A DNA stretch of 64,000 bases, taken from Chiloscyllium plagiosum (lineage: Eukaryota). The number at the start of each line of letters is the position of its first letter. The stretch's first letter is position 1. Shown here piece by piece: positions 60,760 to 64,000 of this stretch. The notes under the pieces were generated by a model. The model did no database searches and was not told where the DNA came from. It saw only the letters and a list, made by a program, of their open reading frames with translations. Position numbers and translations under genes: made by a program. The stretch covers positions 70,899,790 to 70,963,789 of the forward strand of contig NC_057718.1 in assembly GCF_004010195.1 (NCBI RefSeq), in the 5' to 3' direction.

Positions 60760-62097
60760 CTACGACTCAAGTTGGAATTGTCTTATGCCTACATTTTAGA
60801 GCAGAACATCTTCTGTGATTGTCATTCCTATGCAGTCGAATGTCTCTAATGATCCGACTCTGGTCTGTTTTGCCGATTTCCTCTCTTCACAGTTATCCCT
60901 TCCGCAATGCAGAGCTCCTGAAATAGCTCATTAAGCTCCTCTGTATCCATTTCTCTCTTAAAGTCCCTATTTAAATCCCTTTGACTATACTTTTGGCTAT
61001 TCCTTTTAAATAACTTTTCCTTTAGTTTGCCTCCTTTGTAAATTATGTCTCTGTCACTTCAGGCTGTTTTTCTATGTTAAAGCTGCTATATAAATGCAAA
61101 ATGTGGTTTTTAGATGAAATATTAAATGCATTGTAACAGGTGTCAAACATTTTAAATTCAATGTTCTTGAAATATAATTAAGTAAATGTTGGGACTTAAA
61201 AACATGCCAAGTGATATACACACCGAGAAAAAATGGAGCCTTCAGGGATGTTTCTTAATTGCAATATAATATAGTTGACAGAAGAAATTTTATGAGCATC
61301 ACATTGAAAATCTTCTTTATTAAAGATACTTGTAAAAATAAACACCAAAACTACATTGTAGAATAAATTGCATAGTTATGGTGTGGTTGGGGGCTCTTAC
61401 CCAGAATACACAGAGCAAAGTAACCCTGGGGTCAATGCTGTGATTCTACACTGTAATATATGGCGCAGTTACCTGATATACATCCTATTCGTGAATAGTT
61501 GTCTTATCCCTCACTTTCAAAGACGAACATTGATAAACAATAGCATTATTTTACATTTTATGACACATACTTTGTTGAAACTATAGGTATTTTTACTGTG
61601 ATAGCCTTGAGTTAATGTTCGTCAGTAGATACAGGAGCAGGATACTCTCCAAGGAAAGCAGAATATTTTATAGCTAACTGGCTTTGTGAGTAAAGTGTAA
61701 GCCTTGTCAGTCTTTGCTACTTATTTATTGAATGATTTCCAATGTACTTATTTCCATTTACTGTCATAATTGCTTTTCTTCCCATTGTAAATATGTCATT
61801 ATTTAGCTAATTTATTTATTTGAAGATGCAGGTGATACATTTCATTACGAGTTGACCCAAGAGATAAGCAGAAGCATTGCACTGCAGTCCTTGACACTGA
61901 TTGGGGAAAATACAAAGGGCCTTTGGGAGAGAGTGTGATTTTTTTTTCTCCATTAGATAACATTACTTGTTAGAAAGTATGAGCACGACAGCATTTTTTT
62001 TTTACCCTTTACTTAAATGGTGGCAACTCCTGGGTTAAAATATGATATCAAACCACTTAAGAATAGAAATCATAGTTTGGTGAGGATCCAGAAGAAT

Positions 62098-62510
62098 TTT
62101 AAGAAGATTTGTAGCTCAGATTGAGGTTCTTGATGTAGGTTTGCTCGCTGAGCTGGAAGATTTGTTTTCAGTCATTTCATCACCATAATAAGTAACATCT
62201 TCAGTGAGCCTCCGAAGGAAGCACTGGTGGTGTGGCCCATGTTCTACTTATATGTTTGAGTTTCCTAGGGTTGATGATGTCATTTCATTTGGTGACATCA
62301 TTCCATATGGTGATGTCATTTCTGGTTCTTTTTCTCAGAGGGTGCTAATTAAGATCAAACTCAATGTGTTTGTTGATAGAGTTCCAGTTGGAATACCATG
62401 GGGGCTATACTACCAGTGCTTCATTTGGAGGCTCACTGAAGATGTTACCTAGTATGGTGATGAAATGTCTGAAAACGAACCTTCCAGCTCAGCAAGCAAA
62501 CCTATATCCA
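62098..62510. mobile_element. Fold-back Poseidon-type PLE
   Basis: Inverted pLTR arms, ~32-nt tail, TSD GATCCAGAAGAAT (62085-62097 / 62511-62523). Confidence 0.8.
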
Positions 62511-63429
62511 GATCCAGAAGAATCTTTGGAAAATCCACGTAATCTAAATTAAAACAGTCCCACAAAAGTTAATAGGTTATTATATTTAGAGAGGAAATGT
62601 ATCAGATTATATTATTTTTCTGTATTTTGTTCATCGTTACCAATTATGTTTTTAAAACTGCAGTAAACTAACCTACTTGAAGAAGCAAATAATTATTATG
62701 CTTGAAGAATTTATTAATATCAAACTGAATAATGTGGATTAATTTTCCACGAAGTTCAGATCTTTGAGTTAAATGTCGCAAGACTGCTGCAACAATACGT
62801 TTCCCAGAGGCAAACAATTGGCCATCTACATGTTCACTATCCAGTTAAGAACGGCACGAAATTTCTCTGCCAAACCCGTACAGGAAAGGGATGGTGGCAA
62901 AAGACTCAACAACCCTATTTGGAGATTGAAGAACGAAAGGGTGTGTCAAAGTAGGGTGCCGTTAAGATGTTGAAAAATGTACACAAAAAAAAAAATCAAA
63001 TAGTCGAAGGTCAGAGACAATTGGAGCGATGGGCAAATACCCCCGAGTGGATCATTTTAGCCATGAATATACAGTTCCCTGTATGCAGTCCCACCCAACA
63101 ATTTGCAGTCTGGGTCGCCTCCATTGAATACATTCCTCAGGTGGCAGTAAAATCTTTCCTATTTGGGGTCTTGGTCGCTTAAGTGTGAGGAAATTCTCAG
63201 GCTGTCCTGGAAAAGTTGATTGATGGCAGGAATGTGTTGCGTTGTCCCGATGCTGCTTTATTTCCCTTGATAATTGGTGTCAGAATTAAAGTGCAGGCGT
63301 TGAAAGACCCCAAAATCCTGGCCATCACGTTTAGTGGATTTTACCAGATGGACAAAGACCATCACCTGTAGCGTTCAATTCCACTGTACAATGGATAATT
63401 TAAGACTGACTCATTTCTTGAAATACAGA

Positions 63430-64000
63430 TTTCAGATATGGTTCTGTTCGCCGAGCTGGAAGTTTTTGTTGCAAACGTTTCGTCCACTGTCTAGGTGACA
63501 TCCTCAGTGCTTGGGAGCCTCCTGTGAAGCGCTTCTGTGGTGTTTCCTCCGGCATTTATAGTGGCCTGTCCCTGCCGCTTCCGGTTGTCAGTTTCAGCTG
63601 TCCGCTGTAGTGGCCGGTATATTGGGCCCAGGTCGATGTGTTTGTTGATGGAGTTTGTGGATGAATGCCATGCCTCTAGGAATTCCCTGGCTGTTCTCTG
63701 TCTGGCTTGCCAGGGAATTCCTAGAAGCATGGCACTCATCCACAAACTCCATCAACAAACAAATCGACCTGGACCCAATATACCGGCCACTACAGCGGAA
63801 CCTGAAACTGACAACCGGAAGCGGCAGGGACAGGCCACTATAAAGGCTGGAGGAAACACCACAGAAGCGCTTCACAGAAGGCTCCCAAGCACTGAGGATG
63901 TCACCTAAACAGGGGANNNNNNNNNNNNNNNNNNNNNNNNGCGAATACCTTGTATAGGTGTTCCTCTTCCTCTTTTTGCCGTTCTGGTGTGCTGCAGTGT
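63430..64000. mobile_element. Young Poseidon-type PLE, fold-back, running into a gap
   Basis: AREFLEAWHSSTNSINK is encoded on both strands. Arms at ~63490-63690 and 63709-63915. Confidence 0.85.
63471..63510 (-). ncRNA. Minimal hammerhead ribozyme motif (Poseidon family)
   Basis: Minus strand: GCA-CTGAGGA-T-GTC(ACCTAGACAGTG)GAC-GAAA-CGTT-TGC. Confidence 0.75.

Noticed and set aside
62640..63400. ORFs 62773-63182 as exons of a neighbouring gene
   Set aside because: No recognisable protein similarity or clear splice pair. May be very old TE sequence.

Overview
This is eukaryotic, non-prokaryotic DNA from a cartilaginous fish (shark). The call rests on HE1/V-SINEs, HER1/CR1 LINEs and a vertebrate gene. 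One host gene is recognisable: coding exons 1-3 of DYNLT1 (Tctex-1) on the minus strand, with a ~29 kb repeat-filled intron 1, an 85 bp intron 2 and a small CpG-rich promoter near 36.1-36.25 kb. Nearly everything else is transposable-element debris. It includes many CR1 LINEs, 12 HE1 SINEs, a 10.5 kb Gmr1-like gypsy element (PR-IN-RT-RH order, SCAN-like gag, ACAC TSD), two solo LTRs, two retrovirus-like pol fossils, a LINE with a tRNA-like head, a Tigger/pogo transposon and MITEs, and a dense set of Penelope-like elements (PLEs). The most striking signal is in the PLEs. At least four PLE families carry minimal hammerhead-ribozyme motifs. They have left tiny (90-470 bp) fold-back or tail-less insertions with a shared geometry: 13-14 bp target-site duplications and a ~37-nt unpaired tail. 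Coordinates of old TE fragments are approximate. Exon, TSD and ribozyme coordinates were read base by base.
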